DNA of 64,000 bases from a virus. Its lineage: Duplodnaviria > Caudoviricetes. The stretch covers positions 8,599 through 72,598 of IMG/VR virus record IMGVR_UViG_3300012665_000674. One strand, given 5' to 3'. A model generated the notes under the pieces. The model did not search any database. It saw only the letters and a program-made list of their open reading frames with translations, and had not been told where the DNA came from. The position numbers and the translations under genes were made by a program. Positions 30,781 through 40,586 of this stretch are shown here, in pieces; the stretch's first letter is position 1, and each line of letters starts with the position of its first letter.

Positions 30781-31405
30781 TTATATTGCATATTGCTTTA
30801 TGCAAATCATCAATGGTTCCGTTATTATCAATGTTATAATCATACGTAATACCTACACTAGAATATTCACTTGCATGAACTTTATGTTTGTCTAAAAACG
30901 TTTTACTCAATGACCATTTGCTATTTCCGTCAGGACCTAAATTATATGCAACTGCCGAGTCGTACCAATCAGGTTGCTTTCCCCTGACTACTCGCATAGT
31001 AATACCCCCGGCATTTTTTATTGCCGATACCTCATTTGTAAACCTGCAATCAGTGATCACAATGTCCTCAACTGATTTTAATATCTTGTATTCAACTGAG
31101 GCAACCCAAATATCAGTATGGAAGTTATTACGGCATACATCTGTTCCCCAGTATTGTAGTACCCAACGTGGTGTTAAGTGTGGCATTTTTAATCGTTCTG
31201 CCCACCAAGGATCTACTTGCTCACGCCATATTCTACTGGCTTTAGTTGTACCCTCTAACATTTCTCTGTCCCAACCAAATACTGCTGAGACTGCATCTTT
31301 CAAACTTGCCGCAAAACTAACTCGTTTGAAACCTTTATGTGTACAAAGATAGTCAGCTATTGTGTCCTTGCCACTACCTATTAAACCAGTTACGCCTATA
31401 ATCAT
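30743..31405 (-). CDS. deoxynucleoside monophosphate kinase (T4 gp1-like)
   Basis: GLIGSGKDT, FAASLKD, PRWVLQYWGTD, DCRFTNE, HASE. Confidence 0.92.
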   Translation of the reverse strand: MIIGVTGLIGSGKDTIADYLCTHKGFKRVSFAASLKDAVSAVFGWDREMLEGTTKASRIWREQVDPWWAERLKMPHLTPRWVLQYWGTDVCRNNFHTDIWVASVEYKILKSVEDIVITDCRFTNEVSAIKNAGGITMRVVRGKQPDWYDSAVAYNLGPDGNSKWSLSKTFLDKHKVHASEYSSVGITYDYNIDNNGTIDDLHKAICNIISNQSQDHHVSM

Positions 31406-31414
31406 AAAAGAAAA

Positions 31415-31445
31415 ACTCCTGTAGTATTTATTATATTACAGGAGT
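31415..31445 (-). promoter_or_regulatory. RBS-occluding hairpin with promoter motif in the loop
   Basis: ACTCCTGTA/TACAGGAGT stem holds AGGAG; loop has TATAATAAATA. Confidence 0.65.
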
Positions 31446-31468
31446 GTGAATAAAGAAAGTAGTTTAGG

Positions 31469-32266
31469 TTAACCTTGTACCCAAGTCAACGGTTGACTGT
31501 AATCTACATATCGTTTCAATTCGTCAATCAATTGCTCCACTGCGGCTTTACCTTCTGCCTTCATAGCAGTTCCGTTTAATGTTGATCCGCCACCTGGCCC
31601 TGCAATGGTGCCGAATTTTTCACGTGCTTCACCTATAATTATTTTAAGATTAGCTAAAATAAAATCACTAATCCAAACCCCAGCACCAGGATCTTGTAAC
31701 AGTACTTCTTCTGGACGTTGAACATCAGCCCAAATAAGAATACGCTCACCGGACCCTTTTGGATCACGCACAATTCTTAATACTTTGGTAACTGGATCAA
31801 AGGTATAAGTTACATATCCGCCGAACATACGTGCAGCCAATTCAACATATCCTGCATAGAAATCATATGTTGCCATTCCACCTGCATGATTGTAATTTAG
31901 CAAGTAAGTGTTCAAAATAGCACTTGAGAACGGATCAAAACTACTTGAACCGGGGCCAGTTTCAAGTCCAACAGTTCTACGATACAAACATCTTACATTA
32001 ATAAACTCTTGTGGTAATGTATATGTATCTACATTTTTTACTATTGTCATCAAGGTGTATGATTCGGCTGTGGCATTTTGCGCTCGTTGACGATAGACTT
32101 TTATAGCATAGTTGTATGCAGCCTCATAATGTTGAGGGTCTAACTCAATATCAATAATACCATTACCTAAACGATAACCTAGATTACTAAAAAGTGCCTC
32201 TTTTAATTCATCTAGTGTTAAACCGGCAGGGGTAGAAAGTGGACTTGCTGTTGGAGATGTTGACAT
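31469..32266 (-). CDS. gp13: neck protein (T4 gp13-like)
   Basis: LGNGIIDIELDPQHYE; GEAREKF..IAGPGGGSTLNG. Confidence 0.85.
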   Translation of the reverse strand: MSTSPTASPLSTPAGLTLDELKEALFSNLGYRLGNGIIDIELDPQHYEAAYNYAIKVYRQRAQNATAESYTLMTIVKNVDTYTLPQEFINVRCLYRRTVGLETGPGSSSFDPFSSAILNTYLLNYNHAGGMATYDFYAGYVELAARMFGGYVTYTFDPVTKVLRIVRDPKGSGERILIWADVQRPEEVLLQDPGAGVWISDFILANLKIIIGEAREKFGTIAGPGGGSTLNGTAMKAEGKAAVEQLIDELKRYVDYSQPLTWVQG

Positions 32267-32269
32267 GTT

Positions 32270-32299
32270 GTTACCTAATAATTGTATTTATCAGGTAAC
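32270..32299 (-). promoter_or_regulatory. late promoter inside an RBS-occluding hairpin
   Basis: GTTACCTGATAA-ATACAA-TTATTAGGTAAC, 12-bp stem with one G.U pair. Confidence 0.7.
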
Positions 32300-32307
32300 G
32301 CTATGTA

Positions 32308-32727
32308 TTACAAATCACCCTCTTTGCGATTTTCTGAGTAGTGGGCATCAAAAGAACCACCTGGATAGCGTGATTCTAATTTACGAACGTTCTCATCAAT
32401 GACTTCGTTAGGGTCTAGGTGAAGTGCCCTACAGGCGTTAATCCAGTACCACATTACGTCACCGAGTTCACGCTTCATGTGAAAGATATTTTCTTCATTC
32501 AATGGCTTGCCCTGAAAGAAAATCTTCTTAGGAATCTCAATGAACTCACCTGACTCAGCCGCAAGTCCTAAACATGCAGTCAATAGCAACGGAACGTTGA
32601 TATCAGGTCCACCGTCATTACCATCTAGCTCGTCACAACGATCCATGAATGCTGTTAAGCTATTACTTGGCTGACTGGTTACAGCCTCTACAAAATCTTT
32701 GTATTTGTTTAAATCGATATTACTCAA
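32308..32727 (-). CDS. MazG-like NTP pyrophosphohydrolase
   Basis: LGLAAESGEF, ELGDVMWY, NVRKLESRYP. Confidence 0.88.
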   Translation of the reverse strand: MSNIDLNKYKDFVEAVTSQPSNSLTAFMDRCDELDGNDGGPDINVPLLLTACLGLAAESGEFIEIPKKIFFQGKPLNEENIFHMKRELGDVMWYWINACRALHLDPNEVIDENVRKLESRYPGGSFDAHYSENRKEGDL

Positions 32728-32966
32728 ATGGGTTCCCCTTTATAAACTTTAAATAACACATCGCCTGCAGCCTTGTCGAAAGTACTGCCCCAATCAGCGA
32801 TGGTTTGCATATCTTCTTTTTCGTCATATCCGTTACCTACACCAATGTAGTATTTGTAATCGGCGTTACCTGTTTGACGATACAGTGACACTTCTTCATC
32901 TTCAATGAATTGAACGATACCAATAGTCTTTCGTCCACTAAACCAACGTACACCTAAAATTTTCAT
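32724..32966 (-). CDS. hypothetical protein
   Basis: 80 aa; GGAG RBS and ATGA overlap. Confidence 0.75.
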   Translation of the reverse strand: MKILGVRWFSGRKTIGIVQFIEDEEVSLYRQTGNADYKYYIGVGNGYDEKEDMQTIADWGSTFDKAAGDVLFKVYKGEPI

Positions 32967-33193
32967 TCTTCAACTCCGTTATGTTTAATTCCAAATAGTT
33001 GTTCAATCTGTTCTACAGCATCGTAGTGTGTGTCAAATGTGCGGGGCTTGGTATAACCATCAACAACATCCATACAATCCCGAACAATCAACTCGGCGAA
33101 CTTTTCAGTAAACTCTTTAGGCAAATCAAAGTCTACATGGTCGGGAATTGCCTTAATAGCCTCAGAGATAAGTTTTTCAATTCGTTCGTTCAT
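32963..33193 (-). CDS. small hypothetical protein, paralogue of 33190..33417
   Basis: MNERI...EKFAELIVRDC...GVEE. Confidence 0.8.
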   Translation of the reverse strand: MNERIEKLISEAIKAIPDHVDFDLPKEFTEKFAELIVRDCMDVVDGYTKPRTFDTHYDAVEQIEQLFGIKHNGVEE

Positions 33194-33417
33194 TCTTCAA
33201 CTCCGAAATGTTTTAGTAAATCATTACCATTTCTAACATCCCCGTTGATAGCATACTCATTCATAAATGAGGCACATTCCCTAACAATCAGCTCGGCGAA
33301 CTTTTCTGTCATAATGTCGCTACGCAAAACACCATTAGCATCCCGAGACTGTCCGTTGCATTTCTCTTGGGCAAACATCAACGCCTGGCGTTTCAGTTCA
33401 TCAATTTGTTCGTTCAT
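33190..33417 (-). CDS. small hypothetical protein, paralogue of 32963..33193
   Basis: MNEQI...EKFAELIVREC...GVEE. Confidence 0.8.
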   Translation of the reverse strand: MNEQIDELKRQALMFAQEKCNGQSRDANGVLRSDIMTEKFAELIVRECASFMNEYAINGDVRNGNDLLKHFGVEE

Positions 33418-34568
33418 TAGAATGCCTTCAGAATAATCATGTTCTCGTTGAATCGACCATTAGGTACTGCACCAACTGCTTTAATATCTTTAAAGTACTT
33501 ACGTGCCGCAGGCTTGCTACCCATAATTTCTTTAATCTGTTCACCGGGCTTACGTAGTGTTTTCATTTCACTTGCATTGTTGTCAAAACCCAATACTGTA
33601 TTACCTTTTACAGTAAATACCTTGCTATATTCATCGGCAATATAGTGATGCATTTTACGTTTTGCAGTATCATACACCCATGCCTCACTTGCACCATGCA
33701 ACTTAGTTGGATGTACACTAATCAAATCAAGTTTATTAGCTGGGTCTTTGAATACTTTCAAGTACTTAAGTTTACTAACAATCTTCTCAACAGGAACTGC
33801 TTTACGTTTGCGTGGCGCCTTGCTTGCTTTCTTAATTGAGATATAACTGTTCAGGTCACTCAACACTTGTTCAATAAATTTAATTGTATTACGCAATTTA
33901 ACTTTGCCCAAATAACTATAGGCTTCGTTCAATTGTTCATCATTACCTTCAGAGACTTCATTAAATTCATCAAACTTGCGTTTCCAAATGTCAACAATCA
34001 ATGGAATGTGTTGGGGCAAAACGCTAAATTTAGCAACAATGTCAACTGTTTTTTGTGTGACTTTACCTTCGGTAATCCAGTCATCAAAAATACTTTCAAG
34101 TTCACCTGCCGCATCAAACGCCTTTTCACGCATAATTTCCTGAACGTTAGGACGATTGGTTGGTTCTTTTTCTACTACTTCGGGTTTATGTACAAGTTTA
34201 TACAGACGGCTAATTTCATTTTCAAGGGTAAGTGACTCATGTTCATTGAGTTCTAATCCACGCATTGTCATACGTGCTAGCCAGCACAATGTCATTAAAA
34301 ATTCACTTTCATGAACCTTACGAATATGTTTGGCTTCGGTAGTGCGGTCGTTATGTTCCAAATACAAACACAACAATTCTTTTGCATCTTTTTTACCGTA
34401 GAAACGATTATACCAAGTAAAACCATAAGTTAATGCTAGTGTTCTACCTTTCTCATCCGGTTGTAGCGGGAAAAAGGGTTCTTCACCCATGTATTTTGTA
34501 TCGGCATCCCGAGGGTTCAATGCTTTAACAAAATGATCACTTGTTTGTTTGGGTTTACGTGTTGCCAT
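33417..34568 (-). CDS. hypothetical early protein
   Basis: start MATRKP with AGGAG RBS behind a consensus sigma70 promoter. Confidence 0.8.
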   Translation of the reverse strand: MATRKPKQTSDHFVKALNPRDADTKYMGEEPFFPLQPDEKGRTLALTYGFTWYNRFYGKKDAKELLCLYLEHNDRTTEAKHIRKVHESEFLMTLCWLARMTMRGLELNEHESLTLENEISRLYKLVHKPEVVEKEPTNRPNVQEIMREKAFDAAGELESIFDDWITEGKVTQKTVDIVAKFSVLPQHIPLIVDIWKRKFDEFNEVSEGNDEQLNEAYSYLGKVKLRNTIKFIEQVLSDLNSYISIKKASKAPRKRKAVPVEKIVSKLKYLKVFKDPANKLDLISVHPTKLHGASEAWVYDTAKRKMHHYIADEYSKVFTVKGNTVLGFDNNASEMKTLRKPGEQIKEIMGSKPAARKYFKDIKAVGAVPNGRFNENMIILKAF

Positions 34569-34593
34569 AGTTGCTCCTGTTAACAATAGATTA

Positions 34594-34622
34594 ATTATAT
34601 ATCAATTTCTATTATTTGTCAA
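34594..34622 (-). promoter_or_regulatory. consensus sigma70 (early) promoter
   Basis: TTGACA-17-TATAAT. Confidence 0.85.
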
Positions 34623-35310
34623 CCTTGCCAAAAATAATACTTGAGTATTCAATATATTGAGTATGCATTTTGCGACAAATTTCAGGAAGTTCAAATCCTA
34701 AATTTGTCTTGATCGTGTCATAGATATAGTCATACCCGTCTATAGTATAAAATATATCAGTATCTATGGTGAAAATTTTATCCGAATCAATCTTAGCATT
34801 CCTTACAAATATTTCTTTTTCGTACAATAATTGAACAGTAGTACCCTGATAATGCATATCATCTGATTCCCCTTTATGCCACGGACCATTACGCATTCTA
34901 TCATTTACTAATTTATTTGACCCTGTGGGTTTGCTAAAAAGACAGAAGATTTTTTGTTTATATGGATTGAGATATCCTTGATGATTGTTAATCAAATATT
35001 CCATTGCATGTGAACAAAATATATAGGGCTCTTTGTGATTAAGAATTTTTGATTCAAACTCTTTTAACTGACTTAATTGCAAATTCTCTAAATCACTAAA
35101 ATGTGCAGTACAACCATGAATGGCGTTTCCTATATTGTCAGCAAAAAAATATTGGTATTTACGTGCTACACTCTCGTAATAATTGTCATGCGTATATCTA
35201 GGAGCAAAAACAGGGTGCATACTAAGTAAGTTAGCAAAATGATTTCCACCTGTACCGGGAGGGAAGATTAAAAACAGATTTTTTGATTGTCTAAAGATAT
35301 CAGGTTTCAT
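34612..35310 (-). CDS. hypothetical protein with sulfotransferase-like P-loop
   Basis: LIFPPGTGGNHFANLLS at the N-terminus. Confidence 0.5.
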   Translation of the reverse strand: MKPDIFRQSKNLFLIFPPGTGGNHFANLLSMHPVFAPRYTHDNYYESVARKYQYFFADNIGNAIHGCTAHFSDLENLQLSQLKEFESKILNHKEPYIFCSHAMEYLINNHQGYLNPYKQKIFCLFSKPTGSNKLVNDRMRNGPWHKGESDDMHYQGTTVQLLYEKEIFVRNAKIDSDKIFTIDTDIFYTIDGYDYIYDTIKTNLGFELPEICRKMHTQYIEYSSIIFGKVDK

Positions 35311-35315
35311 AGATA

Positions 35316-35331
35316 TATTTACTGATAAATA
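35316..35331. promoter_or_regulatory. back-to-back divergent late promoter motifs
   Basis: GTAAATA on minus (35322-35316) and GATAAATA on plus (35324-35331). Confidence 0.6.
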
Positions 35332-35351
35332 AGTGATAAAGTAAAAATAAT

Positions 35352-37067
35352 ATGCCTAGACTATCGCTTTGGCGCCCCAATAAAACAAATGACTATAATT
35401 TCTTTGATAGAACCATATCAGAGATGTTTACCGCTGGGTCTACCGACTTATATGTACATAAATATTTAGGCCCGACTGATCAGGGTGCTTCTATTGATTA
35501 TACACAACCACAATATGATGTACTAAATCCTACAAACATTCAAGATTTGTTATTTTTAGAAAACAGAGATAGAAGTTATGATCCCAATGTTTATAGACTA
35601 CGTGGTCACTATAATGTACAAAATTTAGACTTTGATTTGTCACAGTTTGGATTATTCTTAAATAATGACATTATTTTTATCACTGTTCATTACAATGACA
35701 TGATAGACTTAGTTGGTAGAAAATTAATGGTTGGGGATGTAATTGAACTTCCGCACTTATTAGATTACAATCCACTCAAAGAAACTATCCCCGTAGCATT
35801 AAAACGTTTTATGCAAATCACTGATGCGAATTATGCATCGGAAGGTTTTAGTCCAACATGGTTCCCTCATCTATGGCGCATTAAATGTGAACCACTAGTT
35901 GATAGTGAAGAATTCAGTCAGATACTATCCGAGCCAATTAACCAAGACAATTATTTAGGTATATGGGATAAAACTAAAACTTATCCTGCAGGATATGTAA
36001 TTACGTTTGGTGATAAAAACTATATTTCAAAAACTGAAGTTCCTGCTGGTACAATGCCACCTAACGACACATATTGGGAACTTGATACTGCAAGCAACTT
36101 AAAAGATATACTTGCTACATACAATAAAAATATTGATATCAATAATGCTGTATTAGAAGAGGCTGCTAGGTTAGTACCTAAAGCAGGTTACGATAGAAGT
36201 AATTTATACATTGTCCCTACATACGGTGAATTTGAAAGTAATAGCCAACTTAGTCAAAAGAACAATCAACCCGCACCCCCTGTTAATGTAGTAGTAGATA
36301 GTGCAGGCGCACCCGGAACTGTATCTACTACAGGTACTGTCACATATATTAGTAGCGCAAACTATAGAAATGCTAGTCCGGTAATTAAAATTTCAAAAGC
36401 TGCAATTCAAAGTATCTGGGATATGACTGCTGATATGGGATATGAAAAACTAGATATATTCAATACAGTTAATTTAGAAAAAATTAAAGTAGCACCACAA
36501 AGAACAGATAGCAATTCAGGACCGGTAAGCGGAGACAATATATTGTCTGTGTATTCAATGGGTCAAATAACAGGTCCATATGGTACTGCTGATAATACAT
36601 ATGCAACTGCTGATCAAAATCCTGAGTTACCTGGATTTACTGGTACTATTAGTACTGAGATGGATTTTAGAGCAGACTGTGATCCAGCATTTCAATATAT
36701 TGCTCGTAGTAGTCCAAGAAGTTTCGGTTATTCTACTGGATACTTAGATGGAACCGCTGAGGCACCAAATGGATTCCCCACAGGTGCAGGTATTAGTTTC
36801 CCGCAAAATCCACAAGTAGGTGATTATTACTTACGCATTGATTATTTCCCACAGATATTATATCGTTGGAATGGAAGATTATGGGTTAGAATTTCTACAA
36901 ATGTACGCACCGAGACTGGATTTACTCAACTTGATCAATCACAGTTGTCAGGATTTATTAATAATACAAATGAAACTAAGTTAACTGACGGAACATTTGT
37001 TCCACAACGTCAAGCATTGTCTACAATATTGACGTTAGCTCCAGATACATTACCACCGCAAACATAA
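35352..37067 (+). CDS. neck/head-closure protein (T4 gp14-like), extended
   Basis: DLLFLENRDR, DLSQFGLF, GDVIELPH, WRIKCEP; precedes the gp15-like gene. Confidence 0.65.
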   Translation: MPRLSLWRPNKTNDYNFFDRTISEMFTAGSTDLYVHKYLGPTDQGASIDYTQPQYDVLNPTNIQDLLFLENRDRSYDPNVYRLRGHYNVQNLDFDLSQFGLFLNNDIIFITVHYNDMIDLVGRKLMVGDVIELPHLLDYNPLKETIPVALKRFMQITDANYASEGFSPTWFPHLWRIKCEPLVDSEEFSQILSEPINQDNYLGIWDKTKTYPAGYVITFGDKNYISKTEVPAGTMPPNDTYWELDTASNLKDILATYNKNIDINNAVLEEAARLVPKAGYDRSNLYIVPTYGEFESNSQLSQKNNQPAPPVNVVVDSAGAPGTVSTTGTVTYISSANYRNASPVIKISKAAIQSIWDMTADMGYEKLDIFNTVNLEKIKVAPQRTDSNSGPVSGDNILSVYSMGQITGPYGTADNTYATADQNPELPGFTGTISTEMDFRADCDPAFQYIARSSPRSFGYSTGYLDGTAEAPNGFPTGAGISFPQNPQVGDYYLRIDYFPQILYRWNGRLWVRISTNVRTETGFTQLDQSQLSGFINNTNETKLTDGTFVPQRQALSTILTLAPDTLPPQT

Positions 37068-37076
37068 AGAATATAA

Positions 37077-38453
37077 ATGGCACAATTTTTCTATGACAAT
37101 CAGATACGCAGATTTTTAATTCAATTTGCAAAGATTTTTAGTAACTGGCAAGTTACTAAAGGTAAAGATCCGGCAGGCAATGAAATACTTGTTCGTGTGC
37201 CAGTTATGTATGGTGATAGCAGTAGACAAGCTAGTACTATCATTGCCAATAATAGTTCAAGTAATCTTCCTAGTGCACCACTAATTACATATTATATTAG
37301 TGGATTAGAGTACGATCAAAGGCGTACACAAGACCCTACATTTATTGACACAGTAAATGTTCGTCAACGTGCGTATGATAGTGAAACACAAACGTATGAA
37401 CAAACACAAGGACAAGCATTTACTGTTGAACGATTAATGCCAGTGCCCTATACATTAAGAATTACTGTAGATTTTTGGACTACTAATTACAATCAAAAAC
37501 TTGAACTAGTTGAACAAATTGGCACGTTGTTTAATCCAGCATTAGAAATTCAAAGTACTGATAATTTTATTGATTGGACTTCTCTTAGTGTAGTTTATCA
37601 GGACGGATTAACTTTTAGCAGTCGTAGTATTCCTCAGGGTACAGGTAATCCCATTGATGTATTGACTTGGAAATTCTATATGCCAATATGGATTAGTACA
37701 GCAAGTAAACTTAAGAAGATGGGTGTTATTGAAAAGATTATTGCAAGTATTTTTATGGGAAAATCTTTAACAGATATGCAAGATGAAGATTTGTTGTTGG
37801 GTACTAGACAAAAGATTACTCCATACGGATACAAGGTATTGTTATTGGGTAATACATTGCAAATATTACCACAAGCTATAGCATTTGACCCTAATAATAT
37901 AAGTTTAGATGATCCAACCCCACCCAACACAGACGTTTATTGGTCAAGTGTGTTAAACGTGTACGGAACCATCAAGCCTGGTATAAGTCAAATATGGTTA
38001 CAAAATCCATATATGGAAACAGATATTGTTGGTACAATTGTACCTGATCCAGTTGATGATAGATTATTAATCTATAATATAGATCCAGATACCCTGCCAC
38101 AAAACACATTGGACCCTGTCGACGGTGTAATTAATCCTCTTGTCACTGGGCCAAACGCAGGGTTACCTGGACCTATTAATGGCCGTAGATATCTTATTGT
38201 TGAAGATATAGGACATCCAGGTGATCCTACTTTGGCATGGGGTAATTTGGTTGCCCGTGCTAATGATATTATTCAATTTGATTCAACTACAATGGAATGG
38301 TCTGTAGCATTTGATGCAAATGCATCTACTATTACTACGCTTGAATATGTTACTAACTTAACAACAGGTGTTCAATATAGATTTGTTGATAACATTTGGA
38401 TGAAGTCGTATGAAGGCTGGTATGGTGAGGGAGATTATTCTATTGTGATATGA
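37077..38453 (+). CDS. gp15: tail sheath stabiliser/terminator (T4 gp15-like), extended
   Basis: FFYDNQIRRF, VPVMYG, PVPY, EQIGTLFNP. Confidence 0.85.
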   Translation: MAQFFYDNQIRRFLIQFAKIFSNWQVTKGKDPAGNEILVRVPVMYGDSSRQASTIIANNSSSNLPSAPLITYYISGLEYDQRRTQDPTFIDTVNVRQRAYDSETQTYEQTQGQAFTVERLMPVPYTLRITVDFWTTNYNQKLELVEQIGTLFNPALEIQSTDNFIDWTSLSVVYQDGLTFSSRSIPQGTGNPIDVLTWKFYMPIWISTASKLKKMGVIEKIIASIFMGKSLTDMQDEDLLLGTRQKITPYGYKVLLLGNTLQILPQAIAFDPNNISLDDPTPPNTDVYWSSVLNVYGTIKPGISQIWLQNPYMETDIVGTIVPDPVDDRLLIYNIDPDTLPQNTLDPVDGVINPLVTGPNAGLPGPINGRRYLIVEDIGHPGDPTLAWGNLVARANDIIQFDSTTMEWSVAFDANASTITTLEYVTNLTTGVQYRFVDNIWMKSYEGWYGEGDYSIVI

Positions 38454-38456
38454 TTT

Positions 38457-38888
38457 GTGATAAATCATATTATGAAGAATCAATCCGCTGGCGTTTTCTT
38501 TTATAACCATAATACAAAACGTTTTCTATATCTATTAAGAACTGATAGCAAGAACCCAGGCAACTGGGGAATTCCTGGTGGAAAAATAGAATTAGATGAA
38601 ACATTACTAGAAGGTATTGCTAGAGAATGTGAAGAAGAAATTGGCTTCTTTCCAAAAAATGCTAAATTAATACCTATACAAAAGTTTATCAATAATAATT
38701 TTATCTACCATACGTTCTTTTGTGAAGTTGACAATGAATTCATTCCAAAGTTAAATGAAGAACATTGTGGGTATGCTTGGGTGGGTGAAGGACAATATCC
38801 TAAGCCATTGCATCCAGGATTATTCAGCACTTTCAACTTTGACATTGTACAAGAAAAATTGAACGCACTAACAAAAAAAGAGACCTAA
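38457..38888 (+). CDS. NUDIX hydrolase
   Basis: WGIPGGKIELDETLLEGIARECEEEIG Nudix box; likely start MKNQ. Confidence 0.92.
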   Translation: MINHIMKNQSAGVFFYNHNTKRFLYLLRTDSKNPGNWGIPGGKIELDETLLEGIARECEEEIGFFPKNAKLIPIQKFINNNFIYHTFFCEVDNEFIPKLNEEHCGYAWVGEGQYPKPLHPGLFSTFNFDIVQEKLNALTKKET

Positions 38889-38900
38889 GTCTCTTTTTTT
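38873..38900. terminator. bidirectional intrinsic terminator
   Basis: AAAAAAAGAGAC-CTAA-GTCTCTTTTTTT between convergent genes. Confidence 0.85.
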
Positions 38901-39204
38901 ATTTTAGCAATTTTGCTATTACATCGAATCCTAACGATCCTACGACAACACCTGCTCCCATTAACATCCAGCGCCATTTCTCAAGTGCTGAAACTTTGTT
39001 AGCAAGTTTTTCATGTGCTTGTGTATCTTCTTCACGCATTGATTTAAGAAGGTTTCTTGTTTCTTCTGCGTTCCGATCTAAGCATTCATGTATTTGCTTC
39101 AAGTCCTCTTTAATCTCACCGACTTTATCTTCGATGTTTTTAACTTGAACTTGAAGCACTGCTATTTCAGTCTCAGATTGAATCTTAAGTCTAGCTGCTG
39201 GCAT
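38899..39204 (-). CDS. coiled-coil protein with C-terminal TM (XhlA-like, possible lysis role)
   Basis: heptad coil then KWRWMLMGAGVVVGSLG. Confidence 0.5.
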   Translation of the reverse strand: MPAARLKIQSETEIAVLQVQVKNIEDKVGEIKEDLKQIHECLDRNAEETRNLLKSMREEDTQAHEKLANKVSALEKWRWMLMGAGVVVGSLGFDVIAKLLK

Positions 39205-39206
39205 AA

Positions 39207-40481
39207 TTAGGCACTAGCGATTTGTACGATTTCGTACGGCTGACCACCGTATGTGTTTGCCGCTTCTGCTGTATTGAATGTAGCAAATACTGGGGTAGCA
39301 TTCTGGAATACAATGTTACCAGTAGCGATTGGACCCGATGTAGCAGTAAACAACTCACCAGTGTGGTCAGAAAGACTTTGAACTGTTTGAGTAGCACTGT
39401 TAGCATATGTAGCAAGAATACGCATTGTGTTTGGTGTCAATGCTGTGTTTGCAAGGTTAGCTGTAAAGCACTGCGCTGTTAAACCACTTGTTGAACCTGT
39501 TACTAGATATTTTTGTTTGCCTTTTTGACGAACAATAAAACCAGCTTCATCGTTTGCATATACATATGCCGCATTACTTGCAATAACGTTAGCATTAGCA
39601 GATAAAACAACACGATTCATAATTGCATTACCGGTTACAGATGCATTAGCTGTAAGAGTTACTAGTGGACCGCCTTGTGAAGCTGATACTGTAAATGCGG
39701 CAGCATTAGCAATAGTTTTAACAAAGTATGTTGTACCTGAAGTTAAACCACCAAAACTTGCATCAAATACGATTGGCATATCTGCACTAAGAGTTTCAGC
39801 ATTACCTGAAGTTCCGATAATACTACCTGATACTGTTGTATTAGCAACTGCTACAGTAACATTACCTTTTGTTGAACTTGCAAAACCTAAATTAACAAAA
39901 TCAGTGCTACCGTTAATATTAGCTTGAGCAATTTGAACTGCTGCACCAGTAGTTAAGTTAGCAAGATCAGTACCTACACCTGCTACTACATTACTTGTAT
40001 TAACTGTTAATGGTGTATATAATGTACCAGTGCCATTGATACCAATAGCAACTTGTGCTAATACTTGTTTACCAACGATAGCTGTGTTACCACCAACTAC
40101 AGAATATGTGTTAGCGTTTGTTGCAGGGAAGCCAGCACCACCATTTGGATTGTTGAAATATGCATCAACAACAGCAAAAGATGCTAAAACTGTCTGACCT
40201 GTTGTGTCAGTTAATGTAGCTAAAACTTGTGGTTGAACACTAGGATCAGTAGTTGCCGCAACAAACGTTGTGTTTGATGCAATTGAACTAACATAGTATG
40301 TCACACCGGCTGTTAAACCACCAACTGTGGTTGCTACTACGAACGGCATACCTTTTATGATACCAACTGTAGGGGAAGTAGTTAAGTTTCCACCGGATAT
40401 TGTAACGATACTGCCTGTTTGTGCTGTATCAGTAATTGTTAAGACTGCTTGAGCCTTTGCGATTTTTAGAGGACGTCCCAT
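39207..40481 (-). CDS. virion structural protein (A/T/G/N-rich)
   Basis: two copies of a G-x-TY-[YF]-V beta module; late promoter upstream. Confidence 0.7.
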   Translation of the reverse strand: MGRPLKIAKAQAVLTITDTAQTGSIVTISGGNLTTSPTVGIIKGMPFVVATTVGGLTAGVTYYVSSIASNTTFVAATTDPSVQPQVLATLTDTTGQTVLASFAVVDAYFNNPNGGAGFPATNANTYSVVGGNTAIVGKQVLAQVAIGINGTGTLYTPLTVNTSNVVAGVGTDLANLTTGAAVQIAQANINGSTDFVNLGFASSTKGNVTVAVANTTVSGSIIGTSGNAETLSADMPIVFDASFGGLTSGTTYFVKTIANAAAFTVSASQGGPLVTLTANASVTGNAIMNRVVLSANANVIASNAAYVYANDEAGFIVRQKGKQKYLVTGSTSGLTAQCFTANLANTALTPNTMRILATYANSATQTVQSLSDHTGELFTATSGPIATGNIVFQNATPVFATFNTAEAANTYGGQPYEIVQIASA

Positions 40482-40492
40482 TTGATTTTCCT

Positions 40493-40565
40493 TATAAAAT
40501 TAGCGGGTTCTAGCCGCTACGCAGTGGGTACTGCATAAACTTGCCGAATGCAAGTGTATTTTATA
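40493..40565 (-). ncRNA. candidate structured leader RNA (four-way junction)
   Basis: three adjacent GC-rich hairpins closed by TATAAAAT/ATTTTATA. Confidence 0.5.
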
Positions 40566-40586
40566 TTTATCTAAAAGGTAAGATTT

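Noticed and set aside
40493-40565. tRNA gene (cloverleaf size; GGTTCTAG loop on the plus strand)
   Set aside because: Arm order and loop sizes are wrong, with no anticodon arm, D-loop GG or CCA; kept only as a candidate structured RNA
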